Positions 36,224 through 48,721 of a stretch of 64,000 bases of DNA are shown here, piece by piece. Each line of letters starts with the position of its first letter. The first letter of the stretch is position 1. The notes under the pieces are model-generated. The model saw only the letters and a list, made by a program, of their open reading frames with translations. It did no database searches and was not told the origin of the DNA. This DNA is from Escherichia coli (GTDB lineage Bacteria > Pseudomonadota > Gammaproteobacteria > Enterobacterales > Enterobacteriaceae): the NCBI RefSeq assembly GCF_016903815.1, contig NZ_CP069973.1; one strand, 5' to 3'. A program made the position numbers and the translations under genes.

Positions 36224-36845
36224 TATTCTGCTCCAATTGTGATGTTTGTTGTTTTAACCCTTTGCAGTGGGTTGTCGCTGCCTGACCTTTTTTGTTTTTT
36301 GCCCGGTCGGGTCAACGTTATGAGGTGGGGATGCCGTACTAATTAACATCAGTGTTACAGTGCGGATCCTCCATAAAATGCCCCTCGTGACCTACAATCT
36401 GTCAACAGAATGTGAAAACGTCAATACAGCCCACCGGGATTTACACCAACGGTGAGAATCCACAAACAAAGATTAAAAAAACTTCAAACAACTATTTGCA
36501 GCAGAGAAATTTGTGCTACTCCAACATAACCAGAACAATCAGCTTAATAATTAGCAACAATTGGTGATTAAGTTTTATGCATTTTGTGAAAAAAATCTGA
36601 TGAAAAGGTGGATATCTGAGCGATTAATACCATGAACGCTAAACCGCACAGCGGAAAATGCCAGCGCCAGCCATAAGTAACGCAAAAAAAGATTTAAGCA
36701 AATATAAAAAAAGACAATGGTTTCTGTCACAAATCCGTTAATGGATAGTGAGATATGGGGCGCAAATTTGGCAGGGAAATGTGTGGAGTGTTGCCGTTTA
36801 GATCGGATAAGACGGATACGCTGTATCCCACAATGAGTGCGGTGC

Positions 36846-36870
36846 CGAATTTGGTCGGTGCCAGAGGATT
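36846..36870 (-). other. tRNA-Pro 3'-end-like fragment (degenerate partial duplicate of proK 3' terminus)
   Basis: gaatttggtcggtgccagaggatt repeats the proK 3' region (gaatttggtcggtgatagaggatt at 37013..) about 165 bp away. Confidence 0.4.
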
Positions 36871-36983
36871 ACTCGCCACTTCGTGGCTCGCCCTGCGGGC
36901 CGTTGCTGGCGCAACGTTCTCTCGCTTCGCTCGAGTCGAACCTCCCCGCCCCCGGAGGTTCTCATCCTCATGAGCTACAAATG

Positions 36984-37010
36984 CAAAAAAGCCTGCTCGC
37001 TGAGCAGGCA
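36984..37010 (-). terminator. rho-independent terminator downstream of proK
   Basis: Stem gcctgctc/gagcaggc followed on the minus strand by TTTTTT. Confidence 0.65.
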
Positions 37011-37019
37011 TTTCGAATT

Positions 37020-37096
<77 letters not shown>

Positions 37097-37187
37097 AATG
37101 CGGGGCGCATCTTACTGCGCAGATACGCCCTCGTCAATCCCTTAATAGCAAAATGCCTTTTGATCGGCGAGAAAGTCAGCAGGCCTC

Positions 37188-38879
37188 TTAGTTAGCCGCC
37201 GCCTCTCTTGCCTGCGGGATGTGGCACCAGTTGTTGTTTTCGTTAATTCCACCATCCGGTGAAGTATAGCCAAGACAACCCATGATGGTGTCGTACAGCT
37301 CTACATGACGGCGTGGCACTTTCATGTCGGCTTCTTTTTTCAGCTGCGCAAATGCCTGCGCATTGGCCGGATTTTCCAGATATTTATCTGACATCCAGAC
37401 CATCATCGGCACGCGGAACTGCTCCGGCGGTGCCAGTTCACGCGGCGTGCCGTGCAGGTGCTCGCGTTCATTAATTGACTCACCGTGGTCAGCTGCGTAG
37501 AACACAATCGCTTTCTTATCGCGAACCTGATCAATCACGCTGGAGATAAAGTGATCCACATAGGTCACCGAGTTGTCGTATGAGTTGATCATCTGCGCTT
37601 TGGTACAGCCGCTATCAACACCAATACATTCCGGCTTCCACTGCGCAAAGCTGCGCGGGTAACGCTGGGTGTAGTTAAAGTGTGAGCCTTTGGTATGCAG
37701 AATGATCAGATGCTTACCATCCGGGTTGCGCCCCAGCGATTGCTGCATTTCGTCTACCAGCAACATATCATCTACCGGCTTGCCACGGTTACGTGGCTCC
37801 GCACCAATCTGCTCACGATAAGCAATGTTGTCCGCCATCGTATTGCTGTAGAACCACATTTCGCTTTGCATAGCGTAGAGATCAGAACTGAATCCTAACT
37901 GCTTCAATACCGCGAAAATGTTCTGTTCTTTTAATGTGCGCTGCGGATTATCTTCTGCTCCACCCTGACGTACAAACATGCAACGCAGTGAGAGTTTGGT
38001 TGCAGTATCACAGGAGTAACCACGGAACGCCGCCAGATTTTTCTCCTGAGCAAGTTTCGGTGTGGTATTGCGTTCATAGCCGAAAATGCCCATATGATCC
38101 CAACGCGTGGTTTCACCAATGATAAACACGACATAAGTGTCATCAACGTTTTGCGGTGCCTGATAAGTGAATTTCTTCGCCGGATTAAGCAATGAATTAT
38201 TATCGGAAGATTCATCGACCCGCGCCCAGGCATACAGCCCCAACGCAGAAAGCCAGTTTGATGGCAGATAAGAGTTCGCTACGACACCGCCATAACTCGG
38301 CAAATCAACGCCGGTCGCCCTCTCCACTTTCTTCTGCTGGATATCCAGCAAACGAATCGGTGCCCAAACCATAATACCCGCCAGTACGACGACCGCCAGG
38401 CTGCGAATACGCTGCCCTGGGGTTCGCAGTTGTCGGAGCAAGGTGTAGCGACAGCGGTTATTCCAGATAAGGATAAGAGGCAATGCACTAACGGCGATTA
38501 ACCAGAGAATAAAGTTCAGACCAACAACTTCTTTTGACAGGTCGATATCGGTGGTCATGACGGAAGCGATGATGCCATAACCAATGACCACATTAAGGAA
38601 GGTCATGTAATAGCTGGCACCGGCGGAAAAGAGCACCACCAGCGATGCCAGAATACGCCAACTGCGGCGGCCAAACAGCGAAAGAAGACGTAGTAAAAAG
38701 AAGGTCACCAGTACGGTGGCGGCCAGTTCAACAACAGCAGAAATGCCTTTCCAGACGGTAAAATCGTGCGCATAGCTGCCGAAGCGGCGGTAAAAAACCG
38801 CGCCATTCATAAAAAGGCCAATATAGATTGCAAGCAAAAAGCTCAGCTTCTGCTGTGTAATCGATTTGATGTATCTCAT
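37188..38879 (-). CDS. eptB: Kdo2-lipid A phosphoethanolamine transferase
   Basis: 563 aa from ATG at 38879 ([14 protein letters not shown]...); membrane sulfatase-like domain. Confidence 0.85.
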   Translation of the reverse strand: MRYIKSITQQKLSFLLAIYIGLFMNGAVFYRRFGSYAHDFTVWKGISAVVELAATVLVTFFLLRLLSLFGRRSWRILASLVVLFSAGASYYMTFLNVVIGYGIIASVMTTDIDLSKEVVGLNFILWLIAVSALPLILIWNNRCRYTLLRQLRTPGQRIRSLAVVVLAGIMVWAPIRLLDIQQKKVERATGVDLPSYGGVVANSYLPSNWLSALGLYAWARVDESSDNNSLLNPAKKFTYQAPQNVDDTYVVFIIGETTRWDHMGIFGYERNTTPKLAQEKNLAAFRGYSCDTATKLSLRCMFVRQGGAEDNPQRTLKEQNIFAVLKQLGFSSDLYAMQSEMWFYSNTMADNIAYREQIGAEPRNRGKPVDDMLLVDEMQQSLGRNPDGKHLIILHTKGSHFNYTQRYPRSFAQWKPECIGVDSGCTKAQMINSYDNSVTYVDHFISSVIDQVRDKKAIVFYAADHGESINEREHLHGTPRELAPPEQFRVPMMVWMSDKYLENPANAQAFAQLKKEADMKVPRRHVELYDTIMGCLGYTSPDGGINENNNWCHIPQAREAAAN

Positions 38880-39202
38880 GCAAGCAAACCCTGGACAAAC
38901 AGGTGATAACACCCTGCTTAATGGCTTTTCAGGCCAGGCAGGGGAAAAGTGCGGAGGTAGTCAGATAAGTAAAATCTACACGCGCGAATAAGTAGACCAC
39001 AGCAAAGGGAAAAAGTGTGGGGAAAGAGTGTGCACGAAGCACAAATTTACAAAAATGCAAGTTTGAAAAGAGACTTTAGCGTTACAAAAAGCAGTAAAAA
39101 GGGCCAGTTAACTGGCCCAAATTTTACGCGTCATTGTTTATACATTGCGTTGAAGCGTTTGATTCACACTAAGGCTAAAGCCCAGTAGCTCGCGGCAGAT
39201 GA

Positions 39203-40411
39203 TTAAAGGGAGCCATGCGCCTCACGCAACATTTTCTGCTCTGGCTGACGAATCGTCGTAGAGAGCGCCAGTGACAGAATCAGCAGGGCGAAAATCACGT
39301 AGAAGGTCACATAGAAGCCGCCAAACAGTGAGGCGATAATCGACCCACAAATGCTGCCGATACCGAAACCGAGATAAATCACACCGTAGTTTTTCGCCAG
39401 GTTATTGAGGCCGAAGAACTCACTGACCAGTGACGGGAACACCGTGATAGTGCCGCCAAAGTTAAACGCCACGCAGGCAATCGCTGCAAAGAACGTCACT
39501 GCATTCAATGGTGCAAACAGCAGGGCCGCCATACCCACCAGCGAAATCACCTGACCAATGGTGATAACACGGATTCGGGCGATTTTGTCAGACAGTATCC
39601 CCAGAACCAGACGACCTGAAAGGTTGGCGATGGAAATAACAGTGACTGCATTGGCTGCGGAAACCACATCAAGGTGTGCCAGACTTTGGGCGATATCTTT
39701 CGCTACCCCAATCACGTACAGGCCGCTCATGCAGGCAGTCAGGAACATTACCGCTAACATCCAGTACTGCGGTTTACGCATCGACTCTGCCAGCGTGTAA
39801 TCTTTCTCCACGACACCATTGCTGGTTTTCACTTCCTGTTTTGGTGCGTCTTTCATTAACGTTGCGCCGAAAACAATCATCACCAGCGCAATCGCTCCCC
39901 AAATCACAAATGTTTTTTCCAGACCCACCGTTTCCAGCAGCTGCGTGTCGATAAATTTGAAACCCAGGCTACCCAGACCATAAGAACCGATAGCGAACGC
40001 GGAGATCAGACCTTTACGCTCCGGAAACCACTTCACGCAGTTAGAGAGCGTCAGCAGGTAACCCGCGCCATCCGCCAGACCGACCAGCACACCGGCGCTT
40101 AACCACAGCATCATCAGGTTGTCAGAATGCGCTGTCAGGAAGAAGCCTAATCCCAGCAAAATGCCGGAAGCCATAGTGACGCGTTTAACGCCAAAACGTT
40201 CCTGTAATTTCCCCGCAACAGAAGATGAAATTGCCAGCCCCAGACTTAACAAGCCGAAAGAGAAAGCGACCTGGCTTACCGGCGCATCCAGCTTGGCAGA
40301 AAGCGCGCCGTTAAACAGGCTCCAGGTATAAACCGACCCCAGCGCAAACTGGGTAATGATAGTACCGATGAGTGTCAACCAGCGGGTACGCTGATAATTT
40401 GAAGGTGTCAT
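39203..40411 (-). CDS. yhjX: MFS transporter (oxalate/formate antiporter-like; putative pyruvate transporter)
   Basis: 402 aa from ATG at 40411 (MTPSNYQRTRWLTLIG...). Confidence 0.85.
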   Translation of the reverse strand: MTPSNYQRTRWLTLIGTIITQFALGSVYTWSLFNGALSAKLDAPVSQVAFSFGLLSLGLAISSSVAGKLQERFGVKRVTMASGILLGLGFFLTAHSDNLMMLWLSAGVLVGLADGAGYLLTLSNCVKWFPERKGLISAFAIGSYGLGSLGFKFIDTQLLETVGLEKTFVIWGAIALVMIVFGATLMKDAPKQEVKTSNGVVEKDYTLAESMRKPQYWMLAVMFLTACMSGLYVIGVAKDIAQSLAHLDVVSAANAVTVISIANLSGRLVLGILSDKIARIRVITIGQVISLVGMAALLFAPLNAVTFFAAIACVAFNFGGTITVFPSLVSEFFGLNNLAKNYGVIYLGFGIGSICGSIIASLFGGFYVTFYVIFALLILSLALSTTIRQPEQKMLREAHGSL

Positions 40412-40639
40412 GGCAGTATTCCTGCAGTAATAAAAAGGAAAAATCTCTGCTGACAACCATAACGAAGTGCACTTTATGCCTGGGGAAAAACGGCATGAAA
40501 TGCCATCAGAACGGAATGAAATGCATTAGTTCAGGAATGAATGACTCGACAATTATTCACCAAATTTATTATTTAGTAAGTTAGCACCCACTATCGCCAC
40601 AACTGTTGTTATCCAATGGTTTCAATTGTATCTATAACG

Positions 40640-41338
40640 TTAAAATCTGGCACTAACCCCCATCGTATACAGATAGTCGCTATTGTTAGTGGTATTTTCT
40701 GCCTGAGATAGCGCAGCATAGGCAGCAATATTTTGATTGAGCAACATATCAGCGCCTACGGTGACATCCAGCCAGTTGCCGTTCTGGTTTGTCGCCGTCA
40801 TCCGGCTCAGGCCTGATTGCGCCTTCCAGATATTCTCGCCAAATTGCTGGTTATAGCTGATTTGCGCCCAGGGTCGGAGATCGCCAAGCCGGGAGTCAAC
40901 ACGCCAGCCTAAGGTACTCACGCTGGCATGCCATAACGGATCGGCCAGCGTGGTAGTACTGTCGCCAAACTCGTTATACATCGAGGTGGTTGTGCCATCG
41001 TAATGTAATGCCGCGACCGGGCCGGTTGTAACCTGCTCATATAAAGGAAAATTCCAGCCCATACTCATACTGCTGGTCACATCCACAGGAGTTTCTTCCG
41101 CCAGATTGACTTCCAGTCCCAGCGCCCTTTGGCTACTTTGAATACGTTGCGACAAAATATCGTTGTAATCAGGTTGGTGATCACTATCCCAGGTGTAACG
41201 CTCTGTGGAATGTCCGGGTTGCGTATCAACGATATATTCTTGTTGCCAGGCGTAAGCTGTGTTGAGAAAAAAGGCACTGATTACCACACTCGCCAGCAGG
41301 CTTAGCTGCCAGCGACCACCGCTTTTTTTTATGATCAT
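40640..41338 (-). CDS. yhjY: outer-membrane beta-barrel (autotransporter-domain-like) protein
   Basis: 232 aa from ATG at 41338 (MIIKKSGGRWQLSL...), signal peptide; the ORF-track start at 41344 is a GTG. Confidence 0.75.
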   Translation of the reverse strand: MIIKKSGGRWQLSLLASVVISAFFLNTAYAWQQEYIVDTQPGHSTERYTWDSDHQPDYNDILSQRIQSSQRALGLEVNLAEETPVDVTSSMSMGWNFPLYEQVTTGPVAALHYDGTTTSMYNEFGDSTTTLADPLWHASVSTLGWRVDSRLGDLRPWAQISYNQQFGENIWKAQSGLSRMTATNQNGNWLDVTVGADMLLNQNIAAYAALSQAENTTNNSDYLYTMGVSARF

Positions 41339-41495
41339 TAACACGACTCCAGGGAAGAGCCGAATTCGGCAATATTATTGTCATTGTATGAAGGATATCG
41401 GGCATAGTAGCCCTGTATTAAATATTGACTTTTTCACCGATGCGTCAAGAAAAGCGGCTGAAATTTTTACGATCGGGTACATAGCGAGGGAAAGT

Positions 41496-42059
41496 ATGGA
41501 ACGTTGCGGCTGGGTGAGTCAGGACCCGCTTTATATTGCCTACCATGATAATGAGTGGGGCGTGCCTGAAACTGACAGTAAAAAACTGTTCGAAATGATC
41601 TGCCTTGAAGGGCAGCAGGCTGGATTATCGTGGATCACCGTCCTCAAAAAACGCGAAAACTATCGCGCCAGCTTTCATCAGTTCGATCCGGTGAAGGTGG
41701 CTGCAATGCAGGAAGAGGATGTCGAAAGACTGGTACAGGACGCCGGGATTATCCGCCATCGCGGGAAAATTCAGGCAATTATTGGTAATGCGCGGGCGTA
41801 CCTGCAAATGGAAAAGAACGGCGAACCGTTTGCCGACTTTGTCTGGTCGTTTGTCAATCATCAACCACAGGTGACACAAGCCACAACGTTGAGCGAAATC
41901 CCTACATCTACGCCCGCCTCCGACGCTCTATCTAAAGCCCTGAAAAAGCGTGGTTTTAAGTTTGTTGGTACCACAATCTGTTACTCCTTTATGCAGGCAT
42001 GTGGGCTGGTGAATGATCATGTGGTTGGCTGTTGTTGCTATCCGGGAAATAAACCATGA
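41496..42059 (+). CDS. tag: 3-methyladenine DNA glycosylase I
   Basis: 187 aa from ATG at 41496 (MERCGWVSQDPLYIAYHDNEWGVP...); ORF-track entry has a long spurious upstream extension. Confidence 0.9.
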   Translation: MERCGWVSQDPLYIAYHDNEWGVPETDSKKLFEMICLEGQQAGLSWITVLKKRENYRASFHQFDPVKVAAMQEEDVERLVQDAGIIRHRGKIQAIIGNARAYLQMEKNGEPFADFVWSFVNHQPQVTQATTLSEIPTSTPASDALSKALKKRGFKFVGTTICYSFMQACGLVNDHVVGCCCYPGNKP

Positions 42060-42496
42060 TTCGGGAAGCGCAACGTTCAGAACTCCCCGCGATCCTCGAA
42101 CTGTGGCTGGAAAGTACAACCTGGGGGCATCCCTTTATAAAAGCGAATTACTGGCGTGATTGCATTCCGCTGGTGCGGGATGCCTATCTTGCCAACGCGC
42201 AAAACTGGGTCTGGGAAGAAGACGGTAAGCTTCTCGGTTTTGTCAGCATTATGGAAGGCCGATTTCTGGCTGCAATGTTTGTCGCACCGAAGGCCGTCAG
42301 ACGCGGTATTGGTAAGGCGCTAATGCAGTATGTGCAGCAGCGCCATCCCCATCTGATGCTGGAGGTTTATCAAAAAAATCAACCGGCGATAGATTTTTAC
42401 CATGCGCAGGGTTTTCACATTGTCGACTGCGCATGGCAGGATGAAACCCAACTACCCACCTGGATTATGAGCTGGCCGGTGGTTCAAACGCTGTAA
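42056..42496 (+). CDS. yiaC: GNAT-family N-acetyltransferase
   Basis: 146-aa ORF overlapping the tag stop by 4 nt. Confidence 0.8.
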   Translation: MIREAQRSELPAILELWLESTTWGHPFIKANYWRDCIPLVRDAYLANAQNWVWEEDGKLLGFVSIMEGRFLAAMFVAPKAVRRGIGKALMQYVQQRHPHLMLEVYQKNQPAIDFYHAQGFHIVDCAWQDETQLPTWIMSWPVVQTL

Positions 42497-44798
42497 GTGT
42501 CAGTTCCGGACCGTTGTATTTTTCCAGCCATGCCAGTGCCGTATTACCCGCACAGCCATTCCCCAGCCGCGAGCTGGGGAGATCTTTGGTCAGAACGTTC
42601 ACCGCGCCGTTTTTACAAATACCGTCAGCGGTTAAATCCAGATCCGGCCATGCCCCTTCATGAATACAAATCACGCCAGGTTTAATTCCCTCGCTAATGA
42701 CCGCTCCGGCAAGAATTTGCCCGCGTGCGTTCCACAACCGAACAATATCGCCATCTTGTATGCCGCGCGCCTGGGCATCGTCAGGATGAATGGTGACAGG
42801 CTCACGATTTGCCACCGCGTACAATTCGCGCAGAGAACTGTAATTCAGCTGGCTGTGCAGACGATGTGCCGGATGAGCAGAAAGTACCTGCAACTGTTCT
42901 GGTTCGGCATTGCCCTGCCACTCATCCGGCTCCAGCCACATCGGATGCCCAGGGCAATCCTGGTAACCATAATCGGCAATACGCTGCGAGAATATTTCAA
43001 TCTTACCGCTGGCGGTTTTTAATGGATGCGCCTGCGGATCGCGGCGAAAATCGGCGAAGCGAATAAACCGCTCACTGTCCGGGTTTTCCGGCATCTCAAT
43101 TAACTGGTTGGCTTCCCAGAACTCAGCAAATGGCGACAATTCAACCTGCTGGCTTGCCCCGCGCTGCCGGGCAACGTTATAAAACGTTTCCAGCCATTGC
43201 AGCTCACTTTTTCCTTCCGTAAACCGCGCATAGCCGCCCTTCTCCCAACGTTCACTCAACTCGGCAAAGACATCAAAATCATTACGCGCTTCATAACGTG
43301 GCGGCACCACTTGTTTCATCGGCACCAGATGCTGATTACTGTAATCACCGGTCATGGTGAGATCATTACGCTCAAAAGAGGTAGTCGCAGGCAGAACGAT
43401 ATCCGCGTGTTTCGCCGCAGCCGTCCAGAAGCATTCAGAGATCACCACCAGCTTCGGTTTTTGCCAGGCACGGATCAGGCGATTGGTATCCTGATGATGA
43501 GTAAAGTTGGCACCGCCCGCCCACCAGATAAAACGAATATCCGGGAAATGTCGGTTCATACCGTTGTGTTGATATGCGCCACCAGGGTTTTCCAGTGCTT
43601 CAACAATGCGGGCAACAGGGATTTTATCTACCGCATCGGTGCCGCCAGGCAAGCTGCCCTGCATGGAAGAGAGCACCGCAGAACGCCGCGTGGGGTTACC
43701 ACCATTGGCAAAATGATAAGAAAGACCAAAACCGCCGCCGGGTGTGCCGATTTGCCCCAACATTGCCGCCAGCGTGACGATCATCCAGTGTTTTTGCTCA
43801 CCAAACTGTTGACGCTGCATTCCCCAGCCAGCCATCAGCATGGTCGTGTTTTGGTGGAAAAGAGCCGCCAGCTCGCGGATTTTCTCTGCGTTAACTCCAC
43901 AAATCCCTGCCGCCCATTCGGCGGTTTTGGCTATTCCGTCACTCTCGCCCAGCAAATAAGAGGCGAAGACGGCATAACCGGTGGTGCAACGCGCCAGAAA
44001 CGCTTCGTCGTGCCAACCATTTTCCACCAGCGTATGGGCGATCCCCAGCATCAGCGCAACATCGGTGCCCATGTGCGGTGCCACCCACTCCATTTTATCG
44101 CCAAAGAAATCGACGGTTTCCGATCGCATTGGATCAATGCAGATCAGCTTTTTCCCGCTGTCACGCAGTGCGGAAAAGTAAGAAAGCCCCTGCTCATCGG
44201 ATGCATTCCACGCAATTTTCAGCGTATTGAGTGGATTAGCACTCCACAGCACCACGACATCGCTATGTTCCAGCACCAGGGGCCAACTGGTTTGCTGTTG
44301 ATAAACTTCGCTGCCCCCCACGACATACGGCATGATCGCCTGTGCTGCACCGGTCGAATAATCCCCCAGATGCCCGGTATAACCGCCTGCCAGCGCCATA
44401 TAGCGTTGTAATAATGTCGAGGCCTTATGCAGCACGCCGTTTGAACGCCAGCCGTAGGAACCAGCAAAAATCGATGCCGGACCATAAGCCTCACGAATGC
44501 GTTTATGTTGTTGGTGAATAAGCTCCAGCGCCTCATCCCAACTCACACGAACAAATTCATCCTGCCCGCGAATGCCTTGCGGTTTTTCCGGTGACGCAAG
44601 AAAGCCTTTGCGCACCATTGGAAATCGTACCCGCGTATTGCTGTGAACCTGGTCGCGAACCGCGCTCTGCAAGGAGTTTTCCATTCCTGTGGTTAACGCG
44701 CCACGCGAGCTAAGCACGGTTTCGCCGTCAGTTTCAACCAGCATGGGCCCCCAGTGGGCGGCAGTCAGAACGGAATATCGTGAGGATGAGTTGGCCAA
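42465..44798 (-). CDS. bisC: biotin sulfoxide reductase (molybdopterin oxidoreductase)
   Basis: 777-aa ORF, DMSO-reductase-family molybdoenzyme. Confidence 0.85.
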   Translation of the reverse strand: MANSSSRYSVLTAAHWGPMLVETDGETVLSSRGALTTGMENSLQSAVRDQVHSNTRVRFPMVRKGFLASPEKPQGIRGQDEFVRVSWDEALELIHQQHKRIREAYGPASIFAGSYGWRSNGVLHKASTLLQRYMALAGGYTGHLGDYSTGAAQAIMPYVVGGSEVYQQQTSWPLVLEHSDVVVLWSANPLNTLKIAWNASDEQGLSYFSALRDSGKKLICIDPMRSETVDFFGDKMEWVAPHMGTDVALMLGIAHTLVENGWHDEAFLARCTTGYAVFASYLLGESDGIAKTAEWAAGICGVNAEKIRELAALFHQNTTMLMAGWGMQRQQFGEQKHWMIVTLAAMLGQIGTPGGGFGLSYHFANGGNPTRRSAVLSSMQGSLPGGTDAVDKIPVARIVEALENPGGAYQHNGMNRHFPDIRFIWWAGGANFTHHQDTNRLIRAWQKPKLVVISECFWTAAAKHADIVLPATTSFERNDLTMTGDYSNQHLVPMKQVVPPRYEARNDFDVFAELSERWEKGGYARFTEGKSELQWLETFYNVARQRGASQQVELSPFAEFWEANQLIEMPENPDSERFIRFADFRRDPQAHPLKTASGKIEIFSQRIADYGYQDCPGHPMWLEPDEWQGNAEPEQLQVLSAHPAHRLHSQLNYSSLRELYAVANREPVTIHPDDAQARGIQDGDIVRLWNARGQILAGAVISEGIKPGVICIHEGAWPDLDLTADGICKNGAVNVLTKDLPSSRLGNGCAGNTALAWLEKYNGPELTLTAFEPPASS

Positions 44799-44950
44799 AC
44801 CGAAGACTCCTGAAAGGTTAGATGTATTGAGCAGTTAAATATTACTTACAAATTTCCGAGTATTCCCAGGAATAATCTTCATGTTCACGCGGCATAATCT
44901 CCCGCCACGGAACCCGTGGCAAAGAATAAAAAGGTTATTAAGGATTAACA

Positions 44951-45610
44951 ATGAAGAAACGTGTTTATCTTATTGCCGCAGTAGTGAGTGGCGCTCTGGC
45001 GGTATCTGGCTGCACAACTAACCCTTACACCGGCGAACGCGAAGCAGGTAAATCTGCTATTGGCGCAGGTCTGGGCTCTCTCGTGGGCGCGGGTATTGGT
45101 GCGCTCTCTTCTTCGAAGAAAGATCGCGGTAAAGGCGCGCTCATTGGCGCAGCAGCAGGCGCAGCTCTGGGCGGCGGCGTGGGTTATTACATGGATGTGC
45201 AGGAAGCGAAGCTACGTGACAAAATGCGCGGCACTGGTGTTAGCGTAACCCGCAGCGGGGATAACATTATCCTCAATATGCCGAACAATGTGACCTTCGA
45301 CAGCAGCAGCGCGACCCTGAAACCGGCGGGCGCTAACACCCTGACCGGCGTGGCAATGGTGCTGAAAGAGTATCCGAAAACGGCGGTTAACGTGATTGGT
45401 TATACCGACAGCACGGGTGGTCACGACCTGAACATGCGTCTCTCCCAGCAGCGTGCGGATTCCGTTGCCAGCGCGTTGATCACCCAGGGCGTGGACGCCA
45501 GCCGCATCCGTACTCAGGGCCTTGGCCCGGCTAACCCAATCGCCAGCAACAGCACCGCAGAAGGTAAGGCGCAAAACCGCCGTGTAGAAATTACCTTAAG
45601 CCCGCTGTAA
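44951..45610 (+). CDS. yiaD: OmpA-family lipoprotein
   Basis: 219-aa ORF; lipobox (LAVSGC) and C-terminal OmpA-like domain. Confidence 0.85.
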   Translation: MKKRVYLIAAVVSGALAVSGCTTNPYTGEREAGKSAIGAGLGSLVGAGIGALSSSKKDRGKGALIGAAAGAALGGGVGYYMDVQEAKLRDKMRGTGVSVTRSGDNIILNMPNNVTFDSSSATLKPAGANTLTGVAMVLKEYPKTAVNVIGYTDSTGGHDLNMRLSQQRADSVASALITQGVDASRIRTQGLGPANPIASNSTAEGKAQNRRVEITLSPL

Positions 45611-45713
45611 TCCCTTTCATGCCAGGTGATGCAGAAATCACCTGGCATTCTTCAGTTTTCCTTCATCATATTTCAGGCTAAGGTGATCGCCTTATCAGTG
45701 AATGGAGAGAAGC

Positions 45714-46688
45714 ATGAAGCCGTCCGTTATCCTCTACAAAGCCTTACCTGATGATTTACTGCAACGCCTGCAAGAGCATTTCACCGTTCACCAGGTGGCA
45801 AACCTCAGCCCACAAACCATCGAACAAAATGCAGCAATTTTTGCCGAAGCTGAAGGTTTACTGGGTTCAAACGAGAATGTTGATGCCGCATTGCTGGAAA
45901 AAATGCCGAAACTGCGTGCCACATCAACGATCTCCGTCGGCTATGACAATTTTGATGTCGATGCGCTTACCGCCCGAAAAATTCTGCTGATGCACACGCC
46001 AACCGTATTAACAGAAACCGTCGCCGATACGCTGATGGCGCTGGTGTTGTCTACCGCTCGTCGGGTTGTGGAGGTAGCAGAACGGGTAAAAGCAGGCGAA
46101 TGGACCGCGAGCATAGGCCCGGACTGGTACGGCACTGACGTTCACCATAAAACACTGGGCATTGTCGGGATGGGACGGATCGGTATGGCGCTGGCACAAC
46201 GTGCGCACTTTGGTTTCAACATGCCCATCCTCTATAACGCGCGCCGCCACCATAAAGAAGCAGAAGAACGCTTCAACGCCCGCTACTGCGATTTGGATAC
46301 ACTGTTACAAGAGTCAGATTTCGTTTGCCTGATCCTGCCGTTAACTGATGAAACGCATCATCTGTTTGGCGCAGAACAATTCGCCAAAATGAAATCCTCC
46401 GCCATATTCATTAATGCCGGACGTGGCCCGGTGGTTGATGAAAATGCACTGATTGCTGCATTGCAGAAAGGGGAAATTCACGCTGCCGGGCTGGATGTCT
46501 TCGAACAAGAGCCACTGTCTGTAGATTCGCCGTTGCTCTCAATGGCCAACGTCGTCGCAGTACCGCATATTGGATCTGCCACTCATGAGACGCGTTATGG
46601 CATGGCCGCCTGTGCCGTGGATAATTTGATTGATGCGTTACAAGGAAAGGTTGAGAAGAACTGTGTGAATCCGCACGTCGCGGACTAA
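45714..46688 (+). CDS. ghrB: glyoxylate/hydroxypyruvate reductase B
   Basis: 324 aa from ATG at 45714 ([14 protein letters not shown]...); D-isomer 2-hydroxyacid dehydrogenase family. Confidence 0.85.
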   Translation: MKPSVILYKALPDDLLQRLQEHFTVHQVANLSPQTIEQNAAIFAEAEGLLGSNENVDAALLEKMPKLRATSTISVGYDNFDVDALTARKILLMHTPTVLTETVADTLMALVLSTARRVVEVAERVKAGEWTASIGPDWYGTDVHHKTLGIVGMGRIGMALAQRAHFGFNMPILYNARRHHKEAEERFNARYCDLDTLLQESDFVCLILPLTDETHHLFGAEQFAKMKSSAIFINAGRGPVVDENALIAALQKGEIHAAGLDVFEQEPLSVDSPLLSMANVVAVPHIGSATHETRYGMAACAVDNLIDALQGKVEKNCVNPHVAD

Positions 46689-46737
46689 GCCGCGACTGCG
46701 TGGAGTAAAGCCCGATAATCGCTCGGGCTTTTACTCT

Positions 46738-47448
46738 TTATTGGGTTGCAGTAACTGCTGTAGTCCAGGCCTGATTAAACGCCTGATGCTGTGCCGGTAA
46801 TGGCGCAATCAGTTTGTTATATTCACTTGCCTGCTGTGACGTCGGGAACTGGATGCCATTTGCGACAAAGCTCACCTGAGTACCTTGCTGAGCAATGTAG
46901 TCTCCAACCATCACCAGTTGTTGCGTGAAAGTTTGTGCCGCCGGAATCAACGGTTGCAATGCATCAGCTGGCGTCGTTACCACTTTGGTGAATGCCTGAT
47001 CAAAGACCGGTTTCAAATCATCGGTCTGTTTTAGCGCAGAGTGCGCAGCATCGGCCTGCAACTTCGCATTTTGCAGCTGTTGCGCCAGTACGCCCAGAGA
47101 ACCGTTCATTTCACGCAGTGGGCCGCTTTGCGTAACGTAATCCTGCGGTACGCGAATTGCGTTAACGCTGTCTACGACCGGGCGCAGACCGGAATCCATC
47201 GCCTGATTCACCTGCTGAGAATAACCATACAGAATCGCGTAATCAGAGACAAAAGGACCAAACTGTTTTTTCTGATCGGCAGTCAGGGTTGGTAGACGTT
47301 CACCGCTACGCATCACTGTATTCTGCAGGAAGTCGATAAACGCTTTACGCTGATCGCCTTCTTTATCAAAACACCCACTCAGGCTAACTACCATTAATAA
47401 CGCCGCAAGAGGCGCAAACCAGCGAGAGCAGGACTTTCCTGTCGCCAT
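46738..47448 (-). CDS. yiaF: lipoprotein YiaF
   Basis: 236 aa from ATG at 47448 (MATGKSCSRWFAPLAALLMVVSLSGC...). Confidence 0.8.
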   Translation of the reverse strand: MATGKSCSRWFAPLAALLMVVSLSGCFDKEGDQRKAFIDFLQNTVMRSGERLPTLTADQKKQFGPFVSDYAILYGYSQQVNQAMDSGLRPVVDSVNAIRVPQDYVTQSGPLREMNGSLGVLAQQLQNAKLQADAAHSALKQTDDLKPVFDQAFTKVVTTPADALQPLIPAAQTFTQQLVMVGDYIAQQGTQVSFVANGIQFPTSQQASEYNKLIAPLPAQHQAFNQAWTTAVTATQ

Positions 47449-47881
47449 TTTCTTACTCCTTTCACCCAAAAAAAGCGCACAACGACACACACGTGTCTGA
47501 CGTGACAAGGATAGTCCAGGACAGGCTTGCAGGATACCCTTTCTACGTAATCTTCCTGGTAAAATCATGGAGAAAATGAAACAAGGTTAATTTGTTGTTT
47601 CATTGTTAAAAAATGATAGTGCCGTTGCTTTTTTTGTTGCCAGAGATTTACGCCTTCTCAGAACGTTAGATTTTCGAAATCTTTACAAACCGGGAGTGGT
47701 AAGAGATATATCGGCATTTATCAGATCGTTAGGTGGCTATAAGTCACGCTAAATGACTGGCTGAATCGAATCATAGCCAGAGCATGCCCTGACTTCACCC
47801 CGCTGTGTCTGCTTTTCCCGACTATTCTTAATGAGCTTCGATGCAATTCACGATCCCGCAGTGTGATTTGAGGAGTTTTCA

Positions 47882-48172
47882 ATGGAATATAAAGATCCAA
47901 TGCATGAGCTGTTGAGCAGCCTGGAACAGATTGTTTTTAAAGATGAAACGCAGAAAATTACCCTGACGCACAGAACAACATCCTGTACCGAAATTGAGCA
48001 GTTACGAAAAGGAACAGGGTTAAAAATCGATGATTTCGCCCGGGTTTTGGGCGTATCAGTCGCCATGGTAAAGGAATGGGAATCCAGACGCGTGAAGCCT
48101 TCAAGTGCCGAACTAAAATTGATGCGTTTGATTCAAGCCAACCCGGCATTAAGTAAGCAGTTGATGGAATAG
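47882..48172 (+). CDS. yiaG: HTH (XRE-like) transcriptional regulator
   Basis: 96-aa ORF with C-terminal helix-turn-helix. Confidence 0.8.
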   Translation: MEYKDPMHELLSSLEQIVFKDETQKITLTHRTTSCTEIEQLRKGTGLKIDDFARVLGVSVAMVKEWESRRVKPSSAELKLMRLIQANPALSKQLME

Positions 48173-48254
48173 ACTTTTATCCACTTTATTGCTGTTTACG
48201 GTCCTGATGACAGGACCGTTTTCCAACCGATTAATCATAAATATGAAAAATAAT

Positions 48255-48283
48255 TGTTGCATCACCCGCCAATGCGTGGCTTA
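48255..48283 (+). promoter_or_regulatory. cspA promoter (-35 TTGCAT, 17-bp spacer, -10 CTTAAT) with AT-rich upstream element
   Basis: -35 at 48255..48260 and -10 at 48278..48283, positions read directly from the sequence. Confidence 0.7.
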
Positions 48284-48291
48284 ATGCACAT

Positions 48292-48452
48292 CAACGGTTT
48301 GACGTACAGACCATTAAAGCAGTGTAGTAAGGCAAGTCCCTTCAAGAGTTATCGTTGATACCCCTCGTAGTGCACATTCCTTTAACGCTTCAAAATCTGT
48401 AAAGCACGCCATATCGCCGAAAGGCACACTTAATTATTAAAGGTAATACACT
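48292..48452 (+). promoter_or_regulatory. cspA long 5' UTR (cold-box / thermosensing leader)
   Basis: Leader beginning ACGGTTTGACGTACAGACC..., about 160 nt before the ATG; matches the cspA leader as I recall it. Confidence 0.7.
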
Positions 48453-48665
48453 ATGTCCGGTAAAATGACTGGTATCGTAAAATGGTTCAACGCTGACAAA
48501 GGCTTCGGCTTCATCACTCCTGACGATGGCTCTAAAGACGTGTTCGTACACTTCTCTGCTATCCAGAACGATGGTTACAAATCTCTGGACGAAGGTCAGA
48601 AAGTGTCCTTCACCATCGAAAGCGGTGCTAAAGGCCCGGCAGCTGGTAACGTAACCAGCCTGTAA
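48453..48665 (+). CDS. cspA: major cold-shock protein CspA
   Basis: 70-aa [24 protein letters not shown]... Confidence 0.95.
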
Positions 48666-48693
48666 TCTCTGCTTAAAAGCACAGAATCTAAGA

Positions 48694-48721
48694 TCCCTGC
48701 CATTTGGCGGGGATTTTTTTA
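48694..48721 (+). terminator. rho-independent terminator of cspA
   Basis: GC hairpin (ccctgcc...ggcgggg) followed by TTTTTTT. Confidence 0.7.
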